Origin: Parcubacteria group bacterium
GTDB lineage: Bacteria; Patescibacteriota; Patescibacteriia; UBA2169
Length of the DNA: 64,000 nt
Direction: 5' to 3'
Assembly (NCBI GenBank): GCA_016181765.1
Contig: JACOYR010000004.1
Span: 115,937 to 179,936 of the forward strand
Positions 55,339 to 64,000 of the stretch are shown piece by piece. The position numbers and the translations under genes are program-made. Position 1 is the first letter of the stretch, and each line of letters opens with the position of its first letter. The notes beneath the pieces were generated by a model that was not told where the DNA came from, made no database searches, and was given only the letters and a program-made list of their open reading frames with translations.

Positions 55339-55800
55339 ATGCCTGACTGCATTTTTTGCGACATCGTGGCCGGACGAGCCCCAAGCCACACCATCTGGGA
55401 AGACGAAAAGCACCTCGCCTTCCTTTCCATTTACCCGAACACCGAAGGATTTTCCGTGGTTGTTACCAAAGAGCACTACCCAAGCTACGCGTTTGACCTG
55501 CCGGATGAGGTATTGGCAAATTTGGCGCTCGCCGCAAAACGCGTGGGCAAGCTGCTTGATGGGCGTTTGGATGGCGTTGGCAGGACCGGCATGATACTGG
55601 AAGGCTACGGCGTGGACCACGCGCACGCAAAGCTCTTTCCCATGCACGGCACGGCCAAGGAAACGGAATGGCAAAAACGCGCGTCAAGCGTGGACAAGTA
55701 CTTTACGGAATACGAGGGGTACATTTCTTCGCATGACTACAAGCGGGCGGATGATGCTGCGCTCGCGGAGCTTGCAAAAAAAATCCGCGCGGAAACATAA
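55339..55800 (+). CDS. HIT-family hydrolase-like protein
   Basis: N-terminal CIFCDI and histidine triad-like segment GVDHAHAKLFPMH. Confidence 0.65.
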   Translation: MPDCIFCDIVAGRAPSHTIWEDEKHLAFLSIYPNTEGFSVVVTKEHYPSYAFDLPDEVLANLALAAKRVGKLLDGRLDGVGRTGMILEGYGVDHAHAKLFPMHGTAKETEWQKRASSVDKYFTEYEGYISSHDYKRADDAALAELAKKIRAET

Positions 55801-55858
55801 TGCTACGCCAGCCGCGGCACATCCAACAGGGCAACCGAAGTCAATCAAATGAAAAAGG

Positions 55859-55896
55859 AAAGCACGGGCGCACTCAAAAGAGCATGCCCGTGCTTG
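55859..55896. terminator. Bidirectional terminator hairpin (aagcacgggc...gcccgtgctt)
   Basis: 10-bp stem between convergent genes. Confidence 0.5.
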
Positions 55897-55988
55897 CATA
55901 AACAGCGCACTTTACTATACTACCTATCGCAGGGATGCGGATGCGTGAATGCCTAATCCCCAATTGGATTCACGCTCCCGCCCTGTTT

Positions 55989-57341
55989 TTAGGTTGCCTC
56001 CTGCCAAACGCACGCGCTCAAGTACGTGTCGCGCGCGCCGTGCACCAGAGAAGAACCGGGCCGCAGCATCACCTCGCACCCGGCCACTTCCCCTCCGTAA
56101 AGAAAGGCGCCATACTTGGTGTGGCCTTCTAGTTTCTGCGGAGACCCATCCGGCCCAAGCACCAACGCGGTTTCTTTGATGTTAAAGTACTCCTGCACCA
56201 CTGTCCCCGCACTCTGCGGAGAACAGCAGAACTCGTCCCACTTTCTCTGCGAACACGAACGGCCGATCATAATGCCGCGCGCGCACGCGCCGGAGGGCGG
56301 CTTTAAGAGCCAGCCCTTGCGGTTCAAATCCTGAATGGAGACGGCTCCATCCGGAAAAGAAACCGTGCCGCCACGCTCCAGGATGCCGGTCTTCGGAATC
56401 GCCTCATCCAGAACGCGGTACGCGTCCTGACCGAGCCGATCCTTAAAAACCTCTCTGAACCCCGGCATACGCAGTGCCACAAACCAGAACTTACTGCCCA
56501 AGAAACGGCGCCCGGGAGGGCTCATCACCGCATACCGATGAGGGGCTCCCTCCACAAGCCGCTGGAACTGCGGATGCCCGAACTTCACCTGGCTGCGCAG
56601 AACGCAGTTAATGCCGGAAGAGTCGTCAGGAACGTCTCCGATCATGCGCGCCGCGACGCCGCGCCGATTGAGTTCCTTTTCCAAGACGTGAAAGTTGTGC
56701 CACTCTCCTGCGTAAGCGTCAATAAGGATGCCCACGCGCGCTGCACTCTCCGCGGACCCGTACCGCGCTTGCCATCCGCGAAAACACTGCAACACGGTTT
56801 CCGCGAACACGCCGCCAGCGTCAAAACCGTTGAAAAGCGAATTGCGCAACCGATACTGCCTATCCAGCAACAGGTAATCCCCAAGGCCCAACGGGCACGT
56901 GGTGTTGATGTCAATGACCCGGAACCCCTCCTGCGTCCGGATCATATCAAGCCGAATGAACGGGGATACCGGCGACATATACCCAGGATCGTTCAGCGCA
57001 ACAGCGCGCTCACGCGCCGGCACCACCGCATCCGCAAGAACGGCGCATCGCGCATCGCCTCCGGAAAGCCCCTCCTGCACAAGTTCCAGCTGCACGCGGG
57101 TGAACTGATCCCATGCGAGCGCGAGATTCCGCAACTGCGCAACCTCTTGGGCTTCAAGCACAAAAGGCTCAAGCGTGGGCTGAATCAGCTCCTCAACGCA
57201 TTCCCCTTCGGCCCACCTTTTGCGCCGAGGAGACGGAAAAAGGGTTGCCGACTGATCCTTGAGTGCGTTCCACCGCTCCATGCTGTGCCGGTACACATGC
57301 CCGGCGTCAAAGAGCTCCTGCATATCTGCCTGCGTAAGCAC
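55989..57341 (-). CDS. Circularly-permuted ATP-grasp-like family protein (450 aa)
   Basis: Size and DINTT-containing segment suggest CP ATP-grasp/GSP-synthetase-like fold; weak. Confidence 0.35.
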   Translation of the reverse strand: MLTQADMQELFDAGHVYRHSMERWNALKDQSATLFPSPRRKRWAEGECVEELIQPTLEPFVLEAQEVAQLRNLALAWDQFTRVQLELVQEGLSGGDARCAVLADAVVPARERAVALNDPGYMSPVSPFIRLDMIRTQEGFRVIDINTTCPLGLGDYLLLDRQYRLRNSLFNGFDAGGVFAETVLQCFRGWQARYGSAESAARVGILIDAYAGEWHNFHVLEKELNRRGVAARMIGDVPDDSSGINCVLRSQVKFGHPQFQRLVEGAPHRYAVMSPPGRRFLGSKFWFVALRMPGFREVFKDRLGQDAYRVLDEAIPKTGILERGGTVSFPDGAVSIQDLNRKGWLLKPPSGACARGIMIGRSCSQRKWDEFCCSPQSAGTVVQEYFNIKETALVLGPDGSPQKLEGHTKYGAFLYGGEVAGCEVMLRPGSSLVHGARDTYLSACVWQEAT

Positions 57342-57459
57342 GGCGTACTCCTTTTCATAGTGTGGCAGGTTATGTCCTCATCGGGACTTAGCGATCCGCA
57401 GAACGTTTCTGTAGACCGCTTCGTCCCGACGAGAAGCAGGGACGAAACTACATACATTG

Positions 57460-58419
57460 TTAAAGAACGTCTTTTTGTTCACCTATGCTCCCCAACCTGC
57501 TCCCGGTGCGAACAAAATCACGAAACCGAACAGTGAGGAGTATTCCGGAAACTGGAGCGCGTACCGGCTCTTCTGCGAATGTCCGGATGTCAGCCACCGA
57601 CCCAAGCACATCACCTTTGCGCACTTCATCAAAAACATTTTTAGAAGGGACAAAGATGCCGCCCCCGTCCGTATAGAGGTAGTGGGAGACAAACACCGGG
57701 ATTTCCTTTTGAGGAACATCGCTCAAGGAAACATCGGACATGCCGTACGAGGAGAGGAGCCGGAAAAGAGAGTTGGCAATCCGGGAGATTGTTTCCGAAG
57801 AAATGGTCAGGTGGCGCTCCATCTCAAGCGCAATTGCGGGAACGCCCTCCTGAACCAGCGCGAGATCCAATGCTCCGGAAAAATGTTTGTCCGCATCTCG
57901 CTCCATATCAATCTGCCAGATACACTCCGGAGCAATTACCCGCAAAGCCTTTGAACATATCTGTTCCATCTCGCCGCCTGTTTTTACCAGAATGCCCAAG
58001 AATGGGCACTGCCGTGAAAAGGTGTGTAAATCCACAACCAAATCAGCCTTTCTCGCCTCTCCAAACACGGCAGAGGCAATGCGTTTCCCTAAATCTTTTT
58101 GGGAAGACCCGGGAAACGAGCGGTTCAAATTATCCCCATCAAGCGGCTCTTGCCGCGAGTCAAAAAGAAGACCTAAGGGATTTGCGGTAGAGATAATGAC
58201 AACTGTGCCCTTTTTGAGGGGGTATTTTTTAAGAAGCGCCAACAGCTCCTTGAGCACAAAGAGCGGCGTTATCTCGTTCCCGTGTTGATTGGCAATAAAG
58301 ACAATCCGAGGGCCAGGCACGCCCGAAGAAACCTCAATGAGCGGGAGAGATAAGTCAACGACCCCCAAAGAGCCGATAGTGAGTTGTTTTGACTGTATTT
58401 TCATATAAAATAAACACAA
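57460..58419 (-). CDS. Succinylglutamate desuccinylase/aspartoacylase (AstE_AspA) family zinc hydrolase
   Basis: NQHGNE zinc-binding motif and DLHT motif. Confidence 0.7.
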   Translation of the reverse strand: MCLFYMKIQSKQLTIGSLGVVDLSLPLIEVSSGVPGPRIVFIANQHGNEITPLFVLKELLALLKKYPLKKGTVVIISTANPLGLLFDSRQEPLDGDNLNRSFPGSSQKDLGKRIASAVFGEARKADLVVDLHTFSRQCPFLGILVKTGGEMEQICSKALRVIAPECIWQIDMERDADKHFSGALDLALVQEGVPAIALEMERHLTISSETISRIANSLFRLLSSYGMSDVSLSDVPQKEIPVFVSHYLYTDGGGIFVPSKNVFDEVRKGDVLGSVADIRTFAEEPVRAPVSGILLTVRFRDFVRTGSRLGSIGEQKDVL

Positions 58420-58448
58420 AACAAGTCCATCCGCCAGATGGACTTGTT
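58418..58448. terminator. Stem-loop acaagtccatc-cgcc-agatggacttgt between tRNA-Trp and AstE/AspA gene
   Basis: 11-bp stem. Confidence 0.4.
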
Positions 58449-58669
58449 ATCATGTTTTACCTTACGTGTTTAGCGTTTTTATGGTGTGTAAACGCTAGTG
58501 TTAGACAAAAATAGAAAACAACCTTCCGGCGGAGGGGTTTGTACGGTGCCAATAACGATATGCCGAAAAGGTATTCATAATGATTCAAGTATAGCTGAAA
58601 GAAAAAAGTTGTCAAGTGAATGAGAAAAAATTCGGCCATGATCGCTTATCGCAACCATGGCCGATATGA

Positions 58670-58747
58670 TGGCAGGGAGGGAAGGATTTGAACCTTCATC
58701 CTCTGGCTTTGGAGGCCAGCGCTCTAGCCTTTTTGAGCTACCTCCCT
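58670..58747 (-). tRNA. tRNA-Trp (anticodon CCA), CCA encoded
   Basis: Reverse strand cloverleaf: AGGGAGG acceptor, anticodon loop CTCCAAA, T-loop GAAGGTTCAAATCCTTC. Confidence 0.85.
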
Positions 58748-59147
58748 ATTCCTACGCTACTCCTGGTGCCTATGCGGGGACTGTTTTGGAACGGACAGTG
58801 CCGTTCGTGGATGCTCACTGACTGACTTAGAGCACGCATTCTGGAGAGCCACTGAATGACGTGCTCCACACGCGGAACACTCTCTCACGGTATGTGAGTT
58901 GCCCCATCCGGCCCGTACTACAACTAATTCCATTTGATGTGTAGAGTGCGCCATCGCAGCCCCCTTCCCAAGTGAAAGAACAAACAAAAATCCCGTCCCC
59001 GAAGCACAACAAATAATTGCGCATCAAGGGCGGGATTCTTTAATCTCGCGGTACCACCTTGGTTGCTGAACCGATTTTTGACGGATTTATTCAATGTGCA
59101 GGGATTGATGGAGGCGCAAAAATGTGAATATTGGCCCTCAAAACCTG

Positions 59148-59173
59148 CAAAAAAATCCGTCAGTAAAACGGAT
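59148..59173 (-). terminator. Rho-independent terminator on minus strand (atccgt...acggat plus T7), 160 nt downstream of msrA
   Basis: Hairpin followed by TTTTTTT on minus strand. Confidence 0.5.
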
Positions 59174-59332
59174 TCAAGCCACTTTACCGACTCTGGCTCC
59201 ACCTCATCGGTGGACGACATCAGCTAGGATAAGGTTACGGATCCTGCCGGGTTCGCACTATCGCACGAACCTCCTCACTCTGCCCAACCCCCAGCTCGCG
59301 CCAGGGACAGAGATCAACGGATTTTAGAATTG

Positions 59333-59908
59333 TTAATGTAACCCCAGTATAGCACGCCTGCGGAATTTGTCAAGAGGTCGCAAAAATTTTGCAAACTTCT
59401 CCCGCAGCTTCGCGACTTTGGGGTTGATGATGGCCTGGCAGTATGCCTGGTCCGGATTTTTTTTGAAGTAGTCGTGATGATAATCCTCTGCCTCGTAAAA
59501 CTCACCGAGTGGCTCAACTTCGGTGATGACCGGGCTCTCAAACGTCTTGGCATCCTCAAGCTCGCGGATGAAGCGTTCAATCTCCTGGCGCTGGTCGTCC
59601 CGAGTGTACAGGATGATGGAGCGGTACTGGGTTCCCGCGTCATTCCCTTGCCGATTTAAGGTGGTCGGGTCATGCACACCGAAAAATATGGACAATAAAT
59701 CCTGGAACTTTATTTGGTTTGGGTCGTATTCCACGCGGATCACTTCCGCGTGGCCAGTTGAGCCACTGCAAACTTGATCATAGGTTGGGTTTTTGACGGT
59801 GCCGCCCGCGTATCCTGGGGTGACTGACGTAACGCCGCGGAGCATCTGGAATGTTGCCTCGGTGCACCAGAAGCATCCCCCGCCTAAGATGATAGTTTGT
59901 GTTTGCAT
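59333..59908 (-). CDS. msrA: Peptide methionine sulfoxide reductase MsrA
   Basis: GGGCFWC active-site motif. Confidence 0.95.
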   Translation of the reverse strand: MQTQTIILGGGCFWCTEATFQMLRGVTSVTPGYAGGTVKNPTYDQVCSGSTGHAEVIRVEYDPNQIKFQDLLSIFFGVHDPTTLNRQGNDAGTQYRSIILYTRDDQRQEIERFIRELEDAKTFESPVITEVEPLGEFYEAEDYHHDYFKKNPDQAYCQAIINPKVAKLREKFAKFLRPLDKFRRRAILGLH

Positions 59909-59944
59909 AGAGTGCTTTTTGAACGAGGGATTGTCAAGGTGCTG

Positions 59945-61159
59945 CTACTGGATTTTCTTCTGGCCTGCCATATAGTCCCGCAGGACTTTTGGGATTTCAA
60001 TGGACCCGTCTTTTTGCTGGTAATTTTCCATGATCGCAATCATGGTGCGCCCCAGGGCGCATACCGTGTTGTTGAGGGTATGGACGAATTTTGGCGTGCC
60101 GCCGTCTTTGTACTTGATGTTGAGGCGGCGGGCCTGAAAATCCGTATCATTGCTGCAAGATGCGAGCTCACGGTACGCATTCTGGCCCGGAAACCAGCCC
60201 TCTATATCGTACTTCTTGGCGTTCGGCGCGCCAATGTCGCCGGAGCACATGTTGAGCACGTGGTACGGAATCTTTAGTGATTGCCAGAACTCTTCCGAGA
60301 TGGCGAGCAGGTCCTCGTGCATGTCCCATGACTGGCCTTCTTTACAGAATACGAACATCTCCACTTTATCAAACTGGTGGCCGCGGATAATGCCAGTTGT
60401 GTCCTTGCCATAGGTGCCGGCCTCGCGGCGGAAGCAGGAGGAGAAGCCGAAGTACTTAAGCGGCCCTTCAGAAAGGTCAATGACTTCGTCCGCGTGGTAC
60501 GAGGCAAGCGGCACCTCGGCCGTGCCGATGAGGTACAAATCATCCTCGTCCGCGTTGACCTTGTAGATTTCATTCTTGTCCGCCGGGAAAAATCCGGTGC
60601 CGAACATGGCGGCCTCGCGCACGAGCATGGGGGGCAGTATGGGCGTGAATCCTTTGGCCCGCATGAAGTGAGCGCTGTACTGGATAAGCGCAAACTCAAG
60701 CATGACCAGATCGTTTTTCAAGTACCAGAACCGGGCGCCGGACACTTTGGACGCTCCCAATTCCGCGTGGTCGCGCACTTTAAAATCAAACGTTGGTTTT
60801 TCGCCCCATGTTTTGACTTCCTGGTTGCCGGTTTCATCTGTGCCGACTGGAACAGACTCGTGCGTGATGTTCGGAAGCTGGATCAAGAGCTCGCGCAATG
60901 ATGATTCAACAGGTGCGAGCTTCTGCTCCAAAATTTTCACGGCATCGCCGAGCGCCTTTAACTTCTTGATTTCTCCGGGCGAGGGTTTTGACTTGGAGCC
61001 TGCTTTGAGCGCGGCGCGCTTCTCGTCAATCTCGGTGATAATGCTGCGCCGCTCGGCGTCCAATTTCAAAATTTCATCCACTGATGCGGCGCATTTGCGG
61101 ATTTTGTTGTTTGCTTTGACTTTGTCCGGGTGCTCCCGGATAAATTGCATGTCCAGCAT
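59945..61159 (-). CDS. serS: Seryl-tRNA synthetase (start at MLDMQF)
   Basis: N-terminal coiled coil and class II motifs 1-3. Confidence 0.95.
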   Translation of the reverse strand: MLDMQFIREHPDKVKANNKIRKCAASVDEILKLDAERRSIITEIDEKRAALKAGSKSKPSPGEIKKLKALGDAVKILEQKLAPVESSLRELLIQLPNITHESVPVGTDETGNQEVKTWGEKPTFDFKVRDHAELGASKVSGARFWYLKNDLVMLEFALIQYSAHFMRAKGFTPILPPMLVREAAMFGTGFFPADKNEIYKVNADEDDLYLIGTAEVPLASYHADEVIDLSEGPLKYFGFSSCFRREAGTYGKDTTGIIRGHQFDKVEMFVFCKEGQSWDMHEDLLAISEEFWQSLKIPYHVLNMCSGDIGAPNAKKYDIEGWFPGQNAYRELASCSNDTDFQARRLNIKYKDGGTPKFVHTLNNTVCALGRTMIAIMENYQQKDGSIEIPKVLRDYMAGQKKIQ

Positions 61160-61160
61160 A

Positions 61161-62408
61161 CTATATATTTGAAACCAGCTCTGTTTCTTTTGCGCCGCGC
61201 TTTTTGGCTTCAATCTTGCCTTTGGTCTTGGGGCTTATGACGAGCCGGGTTGGAATGCCGATTAAATCCGCATCTGCGAACTTTTCCGCGTTGGACGCTT
61301 CACGCCTATCATCCCATAACACTTCTTTTCCGCCCGCGGCCAGCGACTCGTACACTTTTTCGGACTGCTGGTATACTGCATCATCATCGCCCAAGCTAAC
61401 CAGGTGATAAGCAAAAGGCGCAACTTCCTCGGGCCAGATGATGCCATGCTCGTCATGGTGCACTTCCACGATCGCGCCCATTAAACGGGAGATGCCGATG
61501 CCATAGCAGCCGATGATGACCTCTTTTGATTTCCCGCTTTCATCCGTAAACTTGAGGCCGAAATCTTTGGAAAACTTGGTTCCCAAATCAAAGATATTTC
61601 CGACTTCAATAGTCTTGAGCTCTTTGACGGGTGTGCCGCAGTCAGGGCACGCCACCCCCCCTTTCTTCCCCCCCTTACCAAGGGGGGGATTGAGGGGTGG
61701 TAGATTTGCGATTTCCTTATTTTGCGCAAACCCGCAATCGCACGCAAAAATCACATCTTCCCCGTTCTCGGTTGCAACCTGGAACTCGTGCGAGTACTCT
61801 TTGGTGAATGACCCGCCCGATGCCTCGGTGATGATCGCGTCCAAGCCGCAGCGCTTGAAAACTTTTGCGTACGCGCCTTTCGCCTTTTCGTAGTATAGCT
61901 TGAGATCTTCGGCAGACGCGTGGAAGCTGTACAAATCTTTCATCAAAAATTCGCGGCCGCGCAGCAACCCGGCTTTGGCGCGCAGCTCATCCCTGAACTT
62001 GGTCTGAATCTGGTACCAGGCCCGCGGCAAATCGCGGTAGGAATTAATGTGCTTTTTGGCCAAAGGCACAATCACCTCTTCGTGGGTCGGGCCCAGGGCG
62101 TACTCGGATCCCGCGCGCGAGGGAACTTTGAACAGCACGTCCATGCTGTCCCATCGCCCGGTCTTCTGCCAGTTCTCTTTGGGGTGCAGGGCGGGCAGGG
62201 AAACTTCCTGCCCGTTGATTGCATCCATCTCCTCGCGCACAATAGCGCTGATATTTTCCAGAACCCGGACGCCTAATGGCAGGTATGAATACACGCCCGC
62301 CATCAACTGGTCAACAAACCCGGCGCGCACTAAAAAATTGTGGTTTGCGCTCTGCGCGCTCCCCTCGCCGGTTTTGCTTGTTTTGCTGAAGAGAAGCGAC
62401 TGCCGCAT
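61161..62408 (-). CDS. proS: Prolyl-tRNA synthetase, minimal form lacking editing insertion, with in-frame palindromic-repeat insertion between two Cys pairs
   Basis: ProRS class II motifs (MRQSLLFSKT, FRDE, SFH); repeat copy 7 encodes LPPLNPPLGKGGKKGGV. Confidence 0.9.
   Translation of the reverse strand: MRQSLLFSKTSKTGEGSAQSANHNFLVRAGFVDQLMAGVYSYLPLGVRVLENISAIVREEMDAINGQEVSLPALHPKENWQKTGRWDSMDVLFKVPSRAGSEYALGPTHEEVIVPLAKKHINSYRDLPRAWYQIQTKFRDELRAKAGLLRGREFLMKDLYSFHASAEDLKLYYEKAKGAYAKVFKRCGLDAIITEASGGSFTKEYSHEFQVATENGEDVIFACDCGFAQNKEIANLPPLNPPLGKGGKKGGVACPDCGTPVKELKTIEVGNIFDLGTKFSKDFGLKFTDESGKSKEVIIGCYGIGISRLMGAIVEVHHDEHGIIWPEEVAPFAYHLVSLGDDDAVYQQSEKVYESLAAGGKEVLWDDRREASNAEKFADADLIGIPTRLVISPKTKGKIEAKKRGAKETELVSNI
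61654..61703 (+). repeat. Palindromic repeat copy 7 inside proS coding sequence
   Basis: cccccccttaccaaggggggg-attgaggggtggtag, family consensus with C/G-homopolymer stem. Confidence 0.65.
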
Positions 62409-62444
62409 ATAGGGATATTCTACCACGCACGCTCTAAAAATCAA

Positions 62445-63266
62445 TCAATGCCTAACAAATCCCGGATCCCTCTGTGCGCCGCCATGTCGCGGTACCCCAT
62501 TTCGTAGGTTTCCAACATGCTCTTTTTGGTGCGCTGAAGCGTGGACACCGGAATCCCGCTTACAGGCGCAAGCCGCTCTATGCGGACCCCCTTGGGAGCT
62601 TCGTAGTGCACGAGACGCGGCCGGGCGGAGCCGGAGCCACGCTCCCATGGCAAGGCTCGCCTCCAGGCGGGGAACGGAATTGTTGATGGCAATGATGCGC
62701 TCGGCGCCGCGGCGCACAGCCTCGCGGATGTGCGCGCGCAGATCAGCGGAGAGTTCGGAATCGCAGTACCTTCCCCCGTCCACGGCAATGAGCTTCCCGA
62801 ACGCAATGGGCATGGCCTTGCTCGCGCGCAAGAGCTCAAAAATTTCTTCTTCATCCTCCCGTTCTTTATCCGAAAAGTACACGATCCCGCCGGTGTCCGC
62901 GTTCGTGGCCGCAATCAAGAGCTCGGAGGGCGAAGTTTTGACCTTGCGCAGGACAAGCGGATTGTCCTGCTTCATGATCACGTCAATCAAATAGTCCACG
63001 TCAATGATTTTCCACAGGCGCAGGCGGTTGATGAACTTGCGCGCGGCGAGCGCCTCGGTCCACACGCGCGTGATGGCATCGTACTGCTTGGCCGCATAGT
63101 ACGCGAACGTCCCGGTTGAGCCGGAACCCGCAATCAAAAAATCCGGCTCCTTGAATCCGTATTCGCGCGCCAGGGCAACCATGGCGCCTGCCGCGTAGCC
63201 GCAGGACATGCCGCCCCCGCTCGCCACCACCGCAATCTTTCCGTTCCCTTTCTGTTGTACCGGCAT
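62445..63266 (-). CDS. Patatin-like phospholipase, probable frameshift near 62640 (C-terminus continues in another frame)
   Basis: GGGMSCG oxyanion motif, GSGST (GxSxG) nucleophile, DGG catalytic Asp; two overlapping reading frames both ending at 62441-62447. Confidence 0.65.
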   Translation of the reverse strand: MPVQQKGNGKIAVVASGGGMSCGYAAGAMVALAREYGFKEPDFLIAGSGSTGTFAYYAAKQYDAITRVWTEALAARKFINRLRLWKIIDVDYLIDVIMKQDNPLVLRKVKTSPSELLIAATNADTGGIVYFSDKEREDEEEIFELLRASKAMPIAFGKLIAVDGGRYCDSELSADLRAHIREAVRRGAERIIAINNSVPRLEASLAMGAWLRLRPAASRALRSSQGGPHRAACACKRDSGVHASAHQKEHVGNLRNGVPRHGGAQRDPGFVRH

Positions 63267-63304
63267 AATCCAAAAAAACGCGCACACGCGTAAAGCGCCC
63301 AACA

Positions 63305-64000
63305 TTAAATGATTAAATGGGACACCATGTCCACGAGCCGGTTCGCATACCCCCACTCGTTGTCGTACCACGCGAGCACCTTGAGCAAGTTGCCGGAAAC
63401 GACGCGCGTATATTCCAAGTCTACGATTGCGGAGTGCGGGTTGCCGATGATGTCCGAAGAAACCAGAGGCTCGTCAGACGCCTCAACAATGTTCTTGTAG
63501 GGATACGCTTTGGCCTTTTCTCGGAAGAGCGCGTTGACCTCCTCTTTGGTCGTGTCTTTCTTGAGCAGGAACGTAAAATCCGAAATTGAGCCATTGATGG
63601 TGGGCACGCGCAGGGCAATGGCGTCAAACTTGCCTTTGAGGCCGGGAATGGTTTTGGCGGTGGCGATTGCCGCGCCCGTTGACGTGGGAATGATGTTGTG
63701 GCTCGCGGCGCGGGCCCTGCGGAAGTCCTTGCTCGGCCCATCCACCAGGTTCTGGGTTGAGGTATAGGAATGGATGGTGGTGATCATCCCTTTTTCTATT
63801 CCGTATGCGTCATCAATGATCTTGGCGACCGGACTCGCGGAGTTCGTGGTGCAGGACGCGTTGGAGACAATGGCGTCCTTGACCCCGTCCAGGGTGTTTA
63901 CGCTGATGATGCGGGTGCTCGTTTCCTCGTCTTTGGCCGGAGCCGAGATGATGACGCGCTTGGCCCCTGCCTTGAGGTGGGCTTTGGCTTTCTCGGTGGT
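63305..64000 (-). CDS. gap: Glyceraldehyde-3-phosphate dehydrogenase, partial (N-terminus beyond window end)
   Basis: SNASCTTN active site and WYDNEWGY C-terminal motif. Confidence 0.9.
   Translation of the reverse strand, partial: TTEKAKAHLKAGAKRVIISAPAKDEETSTRIISVNTLDGVKDAIVSNASCTTNSASPVAKIIDDAYGIEKGMITTIHSYTSTQNLVDGPSKDFRRARAASHNIIPTSTGAAIATAKTIPGLKGKFDAIALRVPTINGSISDFTFLLKKDTTKEEVNALFREKAKAYPYKNIVEASDEPLVSSDIIGNPHSAIVDLEYTRVVSGNLLKVLAWYDNEWGYANRLVDMVSHLII

Noticed and set aside
1-64000. CRISPR arrays, rRNA genes, integrase or transposase genes
   Set aside because: No spaced direct-repeat arrays, no rRNA-like conserved stretches and no recognisable recombinase ORFs were found. The mobile-like signals are non-autonomous (repeats, the MITE-like element, cassette duplication).

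Overview
The window is a 64 kb gene-dense bacterial chromosomal segment, about 60% GC, with several visibly AT-richer islands. Most genes are on the minus strand. The small versions of core proteins, the very large Cys-rich surface protein and the minimal ProRS lacking an editing domain fit an uncultivated reduced-genome bacterium, possibly Patescibacteria/CPR-like; this is inference only.

Core content:
- Heat-shock operon hrcA-grpE-hsp20-dnaK-(three inserted genes)-dnaJ, with a CIRCE operator.
- A sigma-70 factor, tRNA-Glu and tRNA-Trp, and tRNA dihydrouridine synthase.
- A short dcw cluster (mraZ-rsmH-ftsL-ftsI-murF), tsaB and dapB.
- A lexA-like repressor followed by an AT-rich type II R-M module (m5C MTase plus HNH nuclease) and a Nudix hydrolase.
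- rluB, the rplJ-rplL ribosomal genes, mltG, a sugar-1-P nucleotidyltransferase, and CAP-domain and PAP2 proteins.
- A glycolysis block (pgk-eno and two tandem iPGM paralogs) with gap at the window edge, and a cysteine desulfurase.
- A 1628-aa membrane-anchored Cys-rich surface protein with a Kazal-like module.
- A sensor histidine kinase, and a toxin-antitoxin/abortive-infection island (two AbiEi/AbiEii-like modules, a standalone GHKL ATPase, HepT/MntA).
- proB, a HIT protein, an ATP-grasp plus AstE/AspA pair, msrA, serS, proS and a patatin-like lipase.

Main findings:
1. A dispersed GC-rich palindromic repeat family (CCCCCTCCTT-loop-AAGGAGGGGG-YNAGGGGGTGG) is present in at least 7 copies. 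Three copies are inserted in frame into rsmH, proS and a secreted peptidase, reminiscent of Rickettsia palindromic elements. Two inverted copies bracket the AT-rich 3-gene block inserted between dnaK and dnaJ.
2. A 141-bp MITE-like element with terminal inverted repeats lies at 17971-18111.
3. An approximately 1.1 kb AT-rich cassette carrying a short methanogen-type thymidylate-synthase-like gene is inserted at the 3' end of the histidine kinase gene. It is bounded by two copies of the kinase 3' end that differ mainly at synonymous positions.
4. The defense island contains an uncharacterised standalone GHKL ATPase.
5. A sigma-factor N-terminal fragment and a LexA homolog that may lack the canonical catalytic serine were also noted.

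No CRISPR array or rRNA gene was found.
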